The notes beneath the pieces were generated by a model. That model ran no database searches, had not been told where the DNA came from, and saw only the letters and a list, made by a program, of their open reading frames with translations. The position numbers and the translations under genes were made by a program. A stretch of 63,149 nucleotides of DNA, counting the filler, from Choristocarpus tenellus KU-1152 (lineage: Eukaryota > Protista > Phaeophyceae), in assembly GCA_964200185.2 (NCBI GenBank). It is 9 parts of 9 records of this genome, joined end to end, with 100 filler letters (N's around TTAATTAATTAA, not from the genome) between each part and the next. Parts side by side here need not be neighbours in the genome. Positions count along the whole stretch, not along the records: positions 35,383 to 51,299 come from CAXNAD020000906.1; positions 51,400 to 57,308 come from CAXNAD020009447.1; 7 more parts are not named here. One strand, 5' to 3'. How positions within the stretch are numbered: position 1 is the stretch's first letter; each line of letters opens with the position of its first letter. Positions 38,955 to 54,499 of this stretch are shown in pieces.

Positions 38955-41175
38955 AGGGCCTAGCAACCTCCCTTCAACATGTTTGTGACAAGGAAGGAGA
39001 TAGTGATATCCGCGCGCAAGAGTTGCGCGCTGGTGTCTGAACGCACTACATGCACAAACAGTGAGGAATCGGTGCAACCCGAAAGATAAAAATTGGGTGG
39101 TAATTATGTCACTCATTCAGCAAATTGCTATAAATATCATTGTACTACAGTAAAAATAACATTGATTTGGCTTTTCATTGGTTTTTGCTCTGAAACGTCT
39201 ACAAAATATCACAGACCATAATAATAATATAATGATGATAATAATTGAGACAGATAGTAGTGCTGCCACCATCATGTACCATGTATAGATCTGTGGATCT
39301 CTTGGGGCGTATTAGTGGTTTGAACATTGGGACACCACGTCAGTGGACAAAGAGGAGATTCACATATTCTTGGGAGTATTTCCTAGTAGTTCCTCTTCCA
39401 CCTTCCTTTGTAGGGTTTGGATAAGAGCATAATAGGAGTGTGAACACCTACCTGTTTGTTGATAGGGAACAATATCTCCCATAGGTACATGATATTTATA
39501 TAATATATTGTTACTTTGGATACAGATTTTATAAAGATGGAAGTACGTTGGAAGCGAGAACTTGTTTAGTACTTCGTTTCGACTGATTCTAATTTATATC
39601 CTCAACAACAGTTAAAGTTACATTGCCATACCACAACTGCTTCATTACCGTGTACATTTATTTCCGTGTGATCCCTGCTCTGTTCGGTCATTACCAAACA
39701 AGGAGGAGTTCAAGTAATACAAGGAAAGGCAGTCGGCCATGATTGAAGAACCTACACATAGACGAGTACCATAAACATTGAAATAAGTGCAATGTACTAC
39801 ATCTCTGTTTTGTGTATTTTGTATGTAGTAGCTGTATGTAGTAGTAGCAGTACGAAATTTTTTGAAGTGGTCCATGTTTGACATGCAAATAAATAATAGT
39901 ATTTTGCTAAATATACCAGTAGCAGTACGTAGTGAGTGGTTTAGCAACTCATGACCCATTCCTTGCTGGGCTGGGCTTGCCTGTGAAATGATATGGTGTA
40001 TTTGCCTGGCTATGCTCGACCCTGGCAGGCATGGGCGATCACTGAATGTATGACAATGTTTTGCCGCATGGTAGCAACTTGCTTCTTCATCATCTTCTTG
40101 CACAAAGGATACAAAGGGTGATCGCCAACCAAACTGAATGCATGTATGTGCTCAACAAGGCAAGGAAAAATCAGCGTGATAAAGTACATACTACTCCGGA
40201 GTACTTGAAAGAAAGAGTTACGAGTGGCAGAGAGAGTGCTCCTCTTTGTCAACACAAAAATAATGCTGTTCCTCGTCAGTACTCTCCTCTACCCTAATTC
40301 TCGACCCATCATTCAAGATGTGTACATGATAATTCATCTCATACCCTCTTCACTTAGAAATCGTTCTGTACTTGGAAAAATAATAATAAACAGATCCTTG
40401 TGTCTTGGTTTGTTACAAGTCAGAAATAATAAGTAGTCTAATCGTTTGATGATTGACAACAGTTACTATATAATAACTACTATTTTTTTGTTTTCCATTT
40501 ATATGCCCTGTTTGTCTTCGTAGAAGAGTGCTCCGTTATTCTTGTCCATGGTACGATGCAAGAAGCCATAGAAGTCAATCCTCAGGAACGATATCAAACT
40601 CCGTATCATTTTTTGGGGGGGTCCAAATTAGGAAAAATCCTAAGAGGAAGGTTGCCTACGTACATGGCCTGCTGGTGTTCATGCTGGGATGGAATTGACC
40701 TACCTCCATGACCATCTCAATGACACCAAACAAGGCACCATGGGGTATCCTATTTTATCTTAGAGGGGGGTCTATTTAAACCTTTTTTTGTGCATTTAGG
40801 GTTAGGGTTCTTGTAACCATTTGCTGGGCAACACTGTTTCCATTCCTCAAATGTAGCTGCCCCTTCTTAGAAGGCTAAAGCTGCAGAAGAGAAGATAAAC
40901 GTATTGCCATTCAAAGTGGTAGAAGAACATGAGTCAGAACGCAGTCACAAGTACTCCACATACTCAATGATAGACCCTCTAAGATAGAATGCCATTCAAT
41001 GTCACCAACGATTTCCAGGCAGAGCATCGCCTTTTGTTGCATGAGAAGGGTTGAGGATTGAATAAGAAGGGTTAGGATAGCTTGAGACAGGTTAAGGGTT
41101 GATAAGAACAGTTGGGGTTGTATGAGAAAGGGTTAATGGTTGCATGAGAAGTGCTAATGATTTAATCAGAAGAGT

Positions 41176-41444
41176 GAGTCAAAGTATCTTAGAGGGTAGA
41201 GCCGTCTCCGTTTGGGGGCCAAAATCCAATGTTGCGAATTTGATGTAATTTTGGCGCTCGTATTTTTTGGGAAGTGTCAATATCCTTGTTCCGGAAAAGT
41301 CGTTTCATAGTCTTATAGATGAAACCTACTCCAAAACGTGTACATTTTACCTATTCCAAAAAATGTCATAAAAATACCCGTTGGAAGCCAAACTCCAAAC
41401 GGACAAACAGGGCAAAACTCGTACCCTCTAAGATACTTTCACTC
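41176..41444 (-). mobile_element. MITE family 1 copy, TSD AGT
   Basis: GAGTCAAAGTATCTTAGAGGGTA...TACCCTCTAAGATACTTTCACTC. Confidence 0.9.
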
Positions 41445-43186
41445 AGTCAAGGAGTACATGAGAAAGGGTTAGGGAATATCGTAATTTTCCATTACCAGAA
41501 AAATTTGACGAGGGCTCAAGAGCAAATTCTCAATTCCCTCCCACTCCCTAACCCTTAGACCGGCCTGCTACATTTTTTTCAGAGAATTGAGTCAGAACCT
41601 CTATTTTTTGTAGGCCTGTCCCTTCAAGCTAGGGGATATCGCTGGAGTCAATGATGCAATAAGCATGTCTTTGGGGAAGAGCAGGAGTGCAATCTTCTTA
41701 CTCTTTAATTCATCAATGCTACTTTTTTGGATTTGGTCGGAAAGAAAAAAGAGGATATCATTATCTCTACTCGAATCAGCTTAGGGTTAGGGTTAGGACG
41801 ATATGGCGCTGGGGTGATGAGTTGCGTACATATGAAGTCAAATAAAAACCCTCTCCAAGTCTTGCCTGAACTTGTAGCAACTGATTGAACAAAATCAAAA
41901 GTGACTTGATCTTTCTATGGTTAGGAACGGTCGCTTCCTTTTATTTATTTATTTTTCTTTTACCCAGTAGTATTCTTTCTTCCACTCCTCAAGGGATATT
42001 CTACTACACCTAAGACAAAAAGAAAAAATCAAAAACGTTTCTGAAAAGTGGAACAAAAAAAAGTTGAGTGACTGTGTAACACCCTTTCATGTAAGAGAAA
42101 TTTCTTTGGGTGTACTGTTTTTCTCTGCATTGGGTAGGCTTTTTTCTTCTCTATCTTCACAGCAGTTGTTGTCCCTCTCATGACACACGAATCAAGTACG
42201 CCAAACCAAAAATAAGAATAATAAATAATATTGCACTATCTCAACTGTCTTTTTCAACAACAGTAGACAATAGTGGACCTTCTTCCGCAGCCCCCCAAAT
42301 AAACAGATACAGGCAGGTACACCTTTTTTGGTATTAGTCAGGTAAACCTTTTTGTGCTCATTTTCCCTGAGACTGCAGTACCGAGGAAATGGAATTGGTG
42401 TGAACAGTAGAATTGCTGCAATCCAATCAAATCACAAAACGATCATAATTCAGATCCAAGTGACTAATAACAGTAATAAAGAATAAAGAATAATAGTAAT
42501 AATAATAATAATTTCCAGGTGCTGTTTTTCTTGTAGTTTGGAGCGTGTTATTCCCATAAGGCAAGTAACTTCACTAAACACTCACATGTATGTGTCCACG
42601 AGCAAGTAACTCCACTAAACACTCACATGTGTCCATGAGCCATGAGTATGTGTGTGTGTGTGACTGGGTAACATTCCCTTCTCTGAGGACACTGGGGGTA
42701 AGCACCTCGACCTTGCAATTTTAGTGCATTTTTTATTTCATCAAAGACTGTTCTAATATTACAATAATTTGTTGGGGTTTCAATTCAAAAATGTGCAAAT
42801 ATTTAACTATTTTAATATTTTTCGGTGTGATCAATCTCCCGGTTTAGACCAAAAAAATTCAAGTCCTTTTACTTTGCCAGTGATTAAGTCATTGGCATAC
42901 CTTTGCTCCAAATTCTGGGTGACAATCCTCTACAGACCAACACGCTTCTATCGCTTCCCTTTTTTTGTTGTGTTTTGGGTAGGCTCTCCTGCATACGAGT
43001 TCCTGCTTAATCAACATGACCATTTCTTGCCACAAAGTTAAATACTAGGACCATGATTATGACTATGACTATGACTATGGCGCTTAATAGAGCTGACAAC
43101 GGACTGTGCAGCAACCAATCAGAAACCGAAGAAGGGTGGGTAGAGGAGTGGGCAGAGCTACAATCAAGTCAGATCGGCAGAGGGCT

Positions 43187-43236
43187 AACATAACGTAACA
43201 TAACATAACATAACATAACATAACATAACACAACAT
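43187..43236. repeat. (CATAA)n microsatellite
   Basis: Visible directly. Confidence 0.9.
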
Positions 43237-44000
43237 CTGAGGTCGCGGTGCAGTGTGTAAGGAGGGAGAAGTCCAGTACAGCGGTACACTCAACGTGTGT
43301 TGAAAGTAGCAACTTTTCTGGGGATAAGATGACCAAATCGGGTGGTTCAAAGTCAACCACCAACCTAGGAGATGATCATCGCCTGAACTCCTAGAGCAGA
43401 TATGGAGAAGGTTTTTGTGATAGGGAGAAGGGGAGGGAAGAAGGGTAAGGGCTGCAGGCAAGGTGTCCAGTGTATGTGTGTATATAGTGCCTACCTTGTC
43501 TCTTACATAGGAGTGCGTATTGCTTTTTCTCTGGATATCTTTCTACCACAGGTTTGGAAACCCCCAGATAAAACTGTAATGGAAGAGAAAAAGGAGAAGG
43601 AAGGAGAAGGAAGAAAGAAGGAAGAAAGAAGAAGAAGGTAGAAGGAAGAAGAAAGCAGAAAGAAAAAAGCATGTGATCTCAATCTAAGGCAACAGAGGGG
43701 TGATCCACACACTCTCCACTACCACCCTATAGTGATGGACTGTCTTCATTTTTTAGGCCACCCAAACATTACAAAAGGTTAATATCTTCTTTTGAGGGAA
43801 AGAGTACTCTTTTTTCTCTCTCTCCACTTGGGCCCTCACCAATTCAGGAGGAACTAGAGGCCTTTCCTCATGACCTTAGCCCACCTTTGAATCCTTTCAA
43901 TTGTAGTCAAGTATATTGCATTTTATGCAGTCGACTGATCACTACTTCTCTCATTGTTTTGATTCCTATTATTGCCAACAAATCGGTTGAAGGAAGAGAA

Positions 44001-44204
44001 TTGATCTACCATACAAGTCTGAGTTACATTCAAATCACTCTAATGCCACCTGCACTTGGACTACATGATGATTGATCTACAATACAAGTCTGAGTTACAT
44101 TCAGTTCGCTTTAATGTCACCTGCACTTGAACTACATCATAGTTGATCTACTGCACAAGTCTAAGTTACATTCAATTCATTTTAAGGCCACCTGCACTTG
44201 ATCT
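44001..44204. repeat. Tandem repeat, about 3 x 71 bp
   Basis: TTGATCTAC...CAAGTCT(G/A)AGTTACATTCA...CACCTGCACTTG starts at 44001, 44072 and 44143. Confidence 0.9.
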
Positions 44205-45416
44205 GTACAGAGTCTAAATCGTGTTGAAGAGAGAAGAGACTGTACTTCTTGCCCTCTGTAGTCTAAATCATGTGGGTACACTGAAGTCCGATATGATGCC
44301 CGCCAACAAAGGCATAGAGAATATAATTAACTGACAAACAAAAAAATGAAACCTGAAGTGCAAGGAGGGATATGTCAAGTCATACTAAGGTATACCCTAA
44401 CATAAGGTATTGATACGGAAGAACTAGACTGTGTATGTATGTGTCACACACCTGGCTGGCGGGTATTTGTGTTGATGGCTGTTGACTATTCACTTATGGG
44501 AAGGTCAAAAACAATTTACCAACATTTGTGTTTGATTGGAAATAATCACTCGAATTTAGGACCCTTCTCAATACCCATCACAACGACATGGTTAACTTTT
44601 TGTTCTTTTGCAGCAGTGTTAGGGTGAAGGATAGATAAAAAAGAGAAAATCATGGAGGGTGTAACTCAAACAAAAGTCTGGCACAGAGTATGAAAATGGC
44701 ACTTCCCCCCATGGATATGAAAACACAGTAACTACATTTGTTTTACATTGGTGTCTCCTATGTTTTGAAGCTGCCACATAAGCAGAACTGATGTGAGATA
44801 CCAGAACCAATGGTCAACTTAAAAAGAAGAGTCAGTCATGCCTATTGAAGGTAAAGTTGTTCATTCCAGCTCTCACTTTGTACGGTTAGAGAGGCAGGAA
44901 GTTTTTATCACCTTTGTCACACTAACCTACATACCATCTCCTGTTCATGTTTTGAAGGTTGTATACAGATTTAATTTTTTTGAAGTTCGGTGTAGTCAAT
45001 GTATAGTCAACCTAGAACAAAAAACTGGGTGTCAGCACAATTAGACTGCAGTCACAACATACCCAAAAGGTTCATACCTTTCAACATTATACAAAAAAAG
45101 AAAAAGCATGGGGAGATGTTATCACTTACCCTCGGGACTGGGGTGTATTACCCATACAGGACTGTGCAACAAGGTTGTCATGGTCCACAAGAAAATGATG
45201 TATCTATTGTAAAATATTTTCATTATCTTACATGTCAACTGTTTTCAGTCAGTGGTCATGTATACAAAAATATTTACCTTACACTCGGCAATCCAGAAAA
45301 ACATCAAGCCAAATAAAATCAAGACCAGATGGTCATCTGAGAGCCATAATCGGCACACTCCAGATAAGTAAGCTGAACCAAAGGGTAAGCTTTGTCCCCT
45401 TCACAGAAGGGCTTGA

Positions 45417-47239
<1,823 letters not shown>

Positions 47240-50200
47240 TTACTACCGTTCAGGACGGATTTCCCTAATCTTGGCGAGGTTGTTGATTGCTTGGGGAGGC
47301 ACAGGCAATCTTTCACACGACGTGAAAGAAAGTCTGTGAATTGTGAAAAGCTTCTGATGAGAGGGGGGGCCACAAGTTTCATCTGATATATTTTTTTTGT
47401 TTCTCGTTACATTTGAAACCAATAATATCAATTCAATATAACGATTTGAGTATGTAACTGAGAAACAATATGGAAGACAATCAAACAACAGTACTAATAG
47501 TCAGTAGTAGTTGGAACTATACCTAACTCAGTCAGTGATACGTTACTCCTGTTTGATAACTTATTACAAGATATATAGGATGGTGGTCGTGACTCAGTAC
47601 ATATAATAGGCTTCATGGATAAGTTTCGAGGTTCGAATCCCTTCTACGCTTGATTCTTCCTCAACAAATATGTTTTCGACTATCCAAAGTTCACAAGGCG
47701 ACGATTAAGATACAGGAGTTGAAGTCCTACCTGTCCCTATACTACTGCTAATATAAGTTGCCAAAAAAATTTGACCAAGAATGAAGGATTAGCGACGCCC
47801 AGTTGTTACAACCTATCAGCCCGCACTATTATTAAGAACACTTGGTATATTTACTTAAGCAAAATACTATTTCCTTGATCTGGACATACGTTCTAAATCC
47901 AAAGGTCTTGACCAGGGGTTGCCTATATTTGGGCCATGGAGATGGGGTGTCAGACACAACATTTTAAACACTGCTTAGATCATATTGTTGAGATTGGGGG
48001 GCAAAGACAATTTTTACTCAAAAGGGGAAAGTGAAGGCATGCCTATGACAGATTGTATCAGTGACTAAAACAATAGCACTCTTCAAGCATGCTGTGCATT
48101 TAAAACTGGAGACACTGGGTCAGCGGACCAAAAGGGTTTAACCGGCACAGGGATTCTTACCTTGCTTTTCGATCGGTTTCTAATAGTCGGCCTAGGAGCA
48201 GTTTCAACTAAAATGCGTTCTTGTAGTAGGTTTTTGTTGTGTTGATTTAAAATGCACTACAACGAACGGTTGTTGGTGTATCTGATGGACGTCCACCATT
48301 GTTGTGTTTTATTATTTATTTTGCGTATCTTTTAGTCTATTTATTTCTGTTGTGTTCATGATGTCTTCATGTTTCTTTTTCTTACATCACCATCTGTCAT
48401 CCAAAATTTTACTGGGTATAATAACATAAATATAACTTCGTAGGACACTCCGTACATAAATACATCTTTTTGCAGAGTATACGTCGGGCAGTTCTGTTCT
48501 AGGCAAAGACTTGATAGGGATGAGTAGAGTCGTGTGTATATAATCATGGCCATTTTGTTTGACACTGGAAACAATCGTTCTGCACTTAGCCGACTCCAAC
48601 ACTTGAAATATCGTACCCGACCGGTTATCCACAACAAGAAATCCAACGGTTAACACTGCCTTGCACACTCATTCATCCTGTGGAATAGTTTCTTCATAGC
48701 GAGTACCTTTAACATGTCACTCGGTTAGGTTTAGGGTTAGGGTTTATCCATGTACTAACTATGATGGCGCTTAATCTGCTTCTGCTGCTACTCATTTCGA
48801 GAATAACATGTTTATGTTATTTTTCGTGCTGCTTTATCAAATCCCGAGCACAAAGATATGAACTTCATGCTAATGTGCAAATATTACAGCGGTGGGGATG
48901 ACTGAAGGGGGACCCATCAGGTGCTCCAGCCAATGCATCATTTGTCACAGAACAAATCAGTGCATATTATTAGCATTCCTTGGTAAGAACGCTCAGAACC
49001 TTGTTATTACCAAAGGTCTAACTCTCTTTTAGCTAATATACTTCACAGCATTAAATGAAAAAAAATACACGAAAGCACGAAAATTCTGTGATAAAACTCC
49101 TAGGTAGGAACCCTAGAAGACATGAAAAAAAATGTTCTACCCACCACAACAAAAAACATTAACATATGTGCACATCGCCAATCGTACATGGAGACAGCAG
49201 GGCTAACTATCACCCTACATACACCTCAAGCAAAAACACCTGCCATTTGTCAGACTTTGCCTTTTAGTTGGCTGCTCTTTTAACTTAAATCCCTACACAA
49301 AGAGCTTCCAAAATATGAGTGCACATGTTAAGCCAATAGTCAACACCTCGTCCCCAGACCCCACCCACCAAACACACATTACACATGTACTGGGGGGGAG
49401 GGTGTTGTCCACATATGAACCAAAGTTGCACAGTGAATACACGCTAGCACATGGGATGGTGGGCGGAGAGTGGATGAGCTGGGAAAGGCAGAAGAAAAAA
49501 AAAGAGAGGCTAGCACCCCCAAAGGCACGAACATCTCACACTACAGGTTTATTTTCATCTTCTAATCCTCTCTAACCCTACCAAAGAAACATCACCCTTT
49601 GTGTTACATCACCACAACCTGTGCACTGACTGCACACAGCACTGCACTGCACTGTCACCACACCTTCACAGGTGTAAACTATCAACTATCCGCCAAAGGT
49701 GTTGGAAGTGAAGGTGGATACCATTGTTTACCATTCACATAGCTAGTCTTTCCTCTCATCTCCTTGCAACACTGCTTGTCCATCAACATCCTACCACTAC
49801 CATCCAACAGCAACAACTAAACATAAGGTTTGCAATCTTAGCACAGATGCTTCCAGCCGTGGATACTTCACAAATAAATCCTCTCTGAGTGTAATGCACC
49901 CTAAACATTGAGAAGAACATCCAAAAGCCCAACTCTATAGTCATCCACCCCATAAGTGCAAATCTGACTTTGGTTTTCTAGCAGAATGTTACTGCCATGG
50001 GGGCATATGGACAATTCCAATAATATCAGTGGCGGGGGAAAAATTCAACATAAAGATAGCTCACAATGAACCAGGGACATCGTCCAATCAAAAGGTGCAC
50101 ACGCCATGCCCATCCTCCAATCAAAAAGCCCCATCACAACAAAATATGCCATCCCCTTAAGTTCCAAACAAGAACCCCCAGAAACATTGCAACCCCACTC

Positions 50201-50555
50201 AAAATATCACCGACTGACTGGCACAAGCAGGAAGCCGTCACACACAGCTTCATCAACACCTCAACACCTACAACACCTACAACACCCTGTCATATGTCCA
50301 TCACATACATCCCTAACCCTAAATGCTTAACCACCTCACCACTGAAGGATAAGCAAAGAGCCGGTGCAGTGTGGTTTAGTACACCACAACTAAGAAAAAA
50401 AAGCAAAGCAGAGAGAGAGAGAGCCAGTGTCAAGGGTTGTAAAAAGCAACAACAATGCTCTCAAGTAACTGTCATACACCCCCTGTTCCCAAACATGCGG
50501 CACCTCAAAAATGATCCCTCCAACCCCACCCCCTCCCCCTCCCCAAGCAGGTCTG

Positions 50556-50906
50556 TTACGCAAACTGAAGCACTCTCTCCTTTGCACCAGCTGCAGCTTT
50601 AGCCCTGGAGGGTTTACGTCCCCTTTGGAGAGAGATCGGCTCTTTATGCCCCATCGACACCAGGCTAACCACGTTAGGGTCAGCTACAGGAGCCATTGGA
50701 TGGTGAGAACTACCAATACTTTTCTTATCAACCTTATCATGGTCAGACATGTCCTTCACTCTGTAGTTCCGGTAGGGTTGTCGTAGTTTGTGCAGCGCAG
50801 TGGCTTCAATCTGGCGAACGCGTTCCCTCGTGATCAGCAACGCCTTCCCAACATCATCCAAAGTCTTGTACTTACCGTTGTCTAATCCAAACCGCAGACT
50901 GACAAC
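50556..50906 (-). CDS. Nuclear-encoded plastid RNA polymerase sigma-70 factor, terminal exon (region 4)
   Basis: [42 protein letters not shown] is the sigma region 4.2 HTH. AG acceptor before 50906; upstream exons lie beyond the linker. Confidence 0.9.
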   Translation of the reverse strand, partial: VVSLRFGLDNGKYKTLDDVGKALLITRERVRQIEATALHKLRQPYRNYRVKDMSDHDKVDKKSIGSSHHPMAPVADPNVVSLVSMGHKEPISLQRGRKPSRAKAAAGAKERVLQFA

Positions 50907-53403
50907 CTTCACACACATTAGTTGTACACACACACACACACACACAACAGATATCAGATAACAACAATAGCAGACATTGGACATTGCAACGGAGGAGGGT
51001 GAGGGAAAAGGATACACAATGAAAAGATAACCTATGAGTCAACTGTGATGTGTTCACACTGAAGGAAGCAAAAAGGGTTGTAGCGGCGGGCGAGTGGGGG
51101 GCAGCACAAAAAACTCCACTCTTAAAGCCCACAATTAAATCTCACCTTTCAAATCATGTACCTGGTTTCTTCTATATATATAAAACCAGTACACACAAAA
51201 CCTAAATCTGTATCACTCAATTTTTTTTGCATTCTATTATCTGCGTAGGGAGCAGTTACTCCCCCCCCCCCCCTCACACCAAACTACACAATTCTTCACN
51301 NNNNNNNNNNNNNNNNNNNNNNNNNNNNNNNNNNNNNNNNNNNTTAATTAATTAANNNNNNNNNNNNNNNNNNNNNNNNNNNNNNNNNNNNNNNNNNNNT
51401 CAATTGCGAAAGGGGTGTGCATTGGTTGGTCATCGCAGGGGGGGGAGGTGACTGGAAATCAGTGGCGAAGGGGTTCGCACTGGTTAATAATAATAAATAA
51501 TACTGAATTCGTGAGCAAAACAAAACTAATTGATTGGAACAGCAAAACAGCCCTAATAGTTGTTATTGGTCATATTCTTGCATTTTATAGATAGTGTGGT
51601 GGGGTCTAGTAATATTACAGGAGGGATTATGTCGCAGGTTATTCGCTGGTCATGCTAGGAGGTTACAACCTGTTTGTGCAATCCTATACTTGATATTAGT
51701 ATCATTATTCATTATAAATGCGTACACAGTGTTCAAGATAATTTCAAGATACATCTATGCGTTATCCCTGGCGTTGTATCTAGTCGGTTGTGACACAAGT
51801 CTGCAACCCTTGGGTTATGCAATCCTATACTTTATACTAGTATTATTAATGCCTATACAAATAATATTGATGAGATATTTCAAAATCTTCCTAAAATTAA
51901 TCGTATCCTTTATAAAAACCTTTATTCTTCTAAATACGTGACTATTAAATCCTATGTTCTTCCAGGTATGTACCATATCCTTCAAACAGGTCCCATATCT
52001 TCTATATTTTTTCTTGCCAACGCAAAAATATTATGACTCCTTGATCCTCACTCTATCTCTCATTGACTTTGCCTTGATGCTCTTTCAATTAAGCACGCAA
52101 AAAGTGACTTGAGTTAATTGATGGACGATGTGGACAAGGTCATATGTACCTCCATAACTCCCCATTGAGAGAACAGCATGAGGGTGCACCATCTACCCTC
52201 AGTGTTTAGGGAGGGGTGGTATGCCACGTTCCGTCTTCCATAGGACCGTGGTGCAGCAATAGCAATTGCGATATGTACCCTTACTTTCAATAGAGCGTGC
52301 ACAAATATCATATAATCCATTCCATACTGCAGTCCCAACTCCATTTGATGTAATTCCACCTATTGGTGGTCGTCTCCACCACATAAAACTTACCCATTCC
52401 TTCCACATTAAAAACAAATCAACTAGGTGATAGTCCTTCACTTTTTTTGCATTCGACAAAAGGAATCACCACTATCCATTTCAGTTGTATCTCATCCATT
52501 TCATGCATCCTTGCACTGCACTCGTTGCATTTAAGCCATCCATTTCAGTCGCATCACATCAATTTCGTGTGAACTGCCCACACAATGACATTTCATTCCT
52601 TCACCATTTGCACAACACACGAACATGTGCCTTCTGTACGGTATCCTCTCTCTCCTTCAAACAATACATAGAGAGTAATACTCATCCCATTCCTGAACTA
52701 ACACAACTTTTTGCTTAAAACTGCCGTAGCTGCTACTGGTCTTCTCAGTTTCTTCAACCCTTTCCTAGTGCAAGACGCTTTGGGTAGTGCTCATTCTATT
52801 TCCACCTGAATTCCTCATGAACAGTCACACACACCATGTCTTACCCCATGCGCGCCTCTACCCCAATGATACACCATAAACTTTTGTTTTACCTATAACT
52901 CTATTCATTCACACCTTCACGTCCTGCATAGTAATCCGTATGATGTGTGATAGCACTTACCTCATGTATCAACCTCTTTTCTACACCTCCCTACGTCAAC
53001 TACCACTTATCCTATGATAACTCAACCTTTTATGTACAGGATCAGGCTTGGTGTACAATTAATACAATTGATAGCCTAACTTCTATTATAGGGTTATAAA
53101 TATAGGGTACCAATATTCCGTTCATACCATAAGCTCTTTCCTGCGTTTGTACAGTTTTAATACCATCTCTCTCGCTTGTACCCTGACCTCTTCTGCACAA
53201 TGATACAAGTTAAGTACCACTAATCAACATCTACGTTCACCACCGTTTTGTACTAATCCCCTTCATGTACTCCTTGTCTTCTACACTCCTTCACCGACAA
53301 CAATCCAGTACCACTCGCTCATTCCTACATTAGCCCCTCCTGTACACCAAAATAATTCATCTACCTGCTTATGTCATGCAAACCTTTCTCCTGTGTATTA
53401 TCA

Positions 53404-53678
53404 GACCCATAGCATCTTAGAGGGGGGGGGGTTAGACTGGGTTGTCCATTTGGGGTATGATGGGGATTTGTAAAGATACTCCAGTTTAATACCCATTTTG
53501 CGAGTGAATTTCCTTCGGATTTGGTTCAGGCAGGGAGATGGAAAAGGAAGGTGTGCTCAGTTTAAGGAAATTGCCCACACATCTGACATGTTCACTCAGG
53601 TGACACGAAAATCTCTACAGGTTCACAAAGGCCCCGAATGGATACCCTAACCTCACGTCTAGGACGCCATGATGGGTC
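53404..53678 (+). mobile_element. MITE family 3 copy
   Basis: Degenerate shared TIR; interior similar to 28979-29240. Confidence 0.65.
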
Positions 53679-53700
53679 TTAGTGCACATCAACTGGCAAT

Positions 53701-53957
53701 GAGTGAAAGTATCTTAGAGGGTACACGTTTTGCCCTGTTTGTCCATTTGGGGCTTGGCTTCCTATGTCATTTTTACGACATTTTCCTACTCCAAAACGTT
53801 TTGGAGTAAGTAAAATGTATACATTATGAAAAGGTGTTTCCCCAAAAAACATACTAACACTTCCTAACAAACACAGTGGCCAAAATTACGTCAAAATCGC
53901 AACATTGGATTTTTTCCCCAAATGGACGCGGCTCTACCCTCTAAGATACTTTGACTA
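53701..53957 (+). mobile_element. MITE family 1 copy, TSD AAT
   Basis: TIRs and interior match family 1. Confidence 0.9.
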
Positions 53958-54499
53958 AATTGCCCCATTCACACCTTCATCACTTTCCTGAACCTATTTC
54001 AGAAAGAGTGCAAACTCGGTTCATTCATTCCTTAACCTCCTCTACCCAACTCTGTTCATTAAGTACTGCTCATCCCATCATACAGCAATAAACATTGACT
54101 AACACTTAATCTAATTAATGGTTTTACCAATATTTGACAACTACACACACCAATTCCCAATCAATCCGTTCATACCAACACTCTTTCCCGCATATGCACA
54201 AATCAAGTACCACACCCCCTCCATAACTTTACCTCTTCGGCATAGTAACACATGTCAACTCCCTCATTGATGTATAGCACCACCCCTGTTCTGCATTATA
54301 CTACTCTCTTGTGTTATACATGGCTTTGACCCTTTCATGCAGAAATACTAATATTTTACCACCTCTCCTGTTCACACACTCTCCTCTACTGTACACATAG
54401 CAGCATATGGGTGCATAGGTCTATGGTTGTGGCTGGTAGTTACCTAACTATGCTTATTTGAGTTCACCTCGGACAGGGCTGGGTGGATTGAGATAGGCC

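Noticed and set aside
47580-47650. tRNA gene
   Set aside because: A B-box is present, but I could not fold an acceptor stem or cloverleaf.
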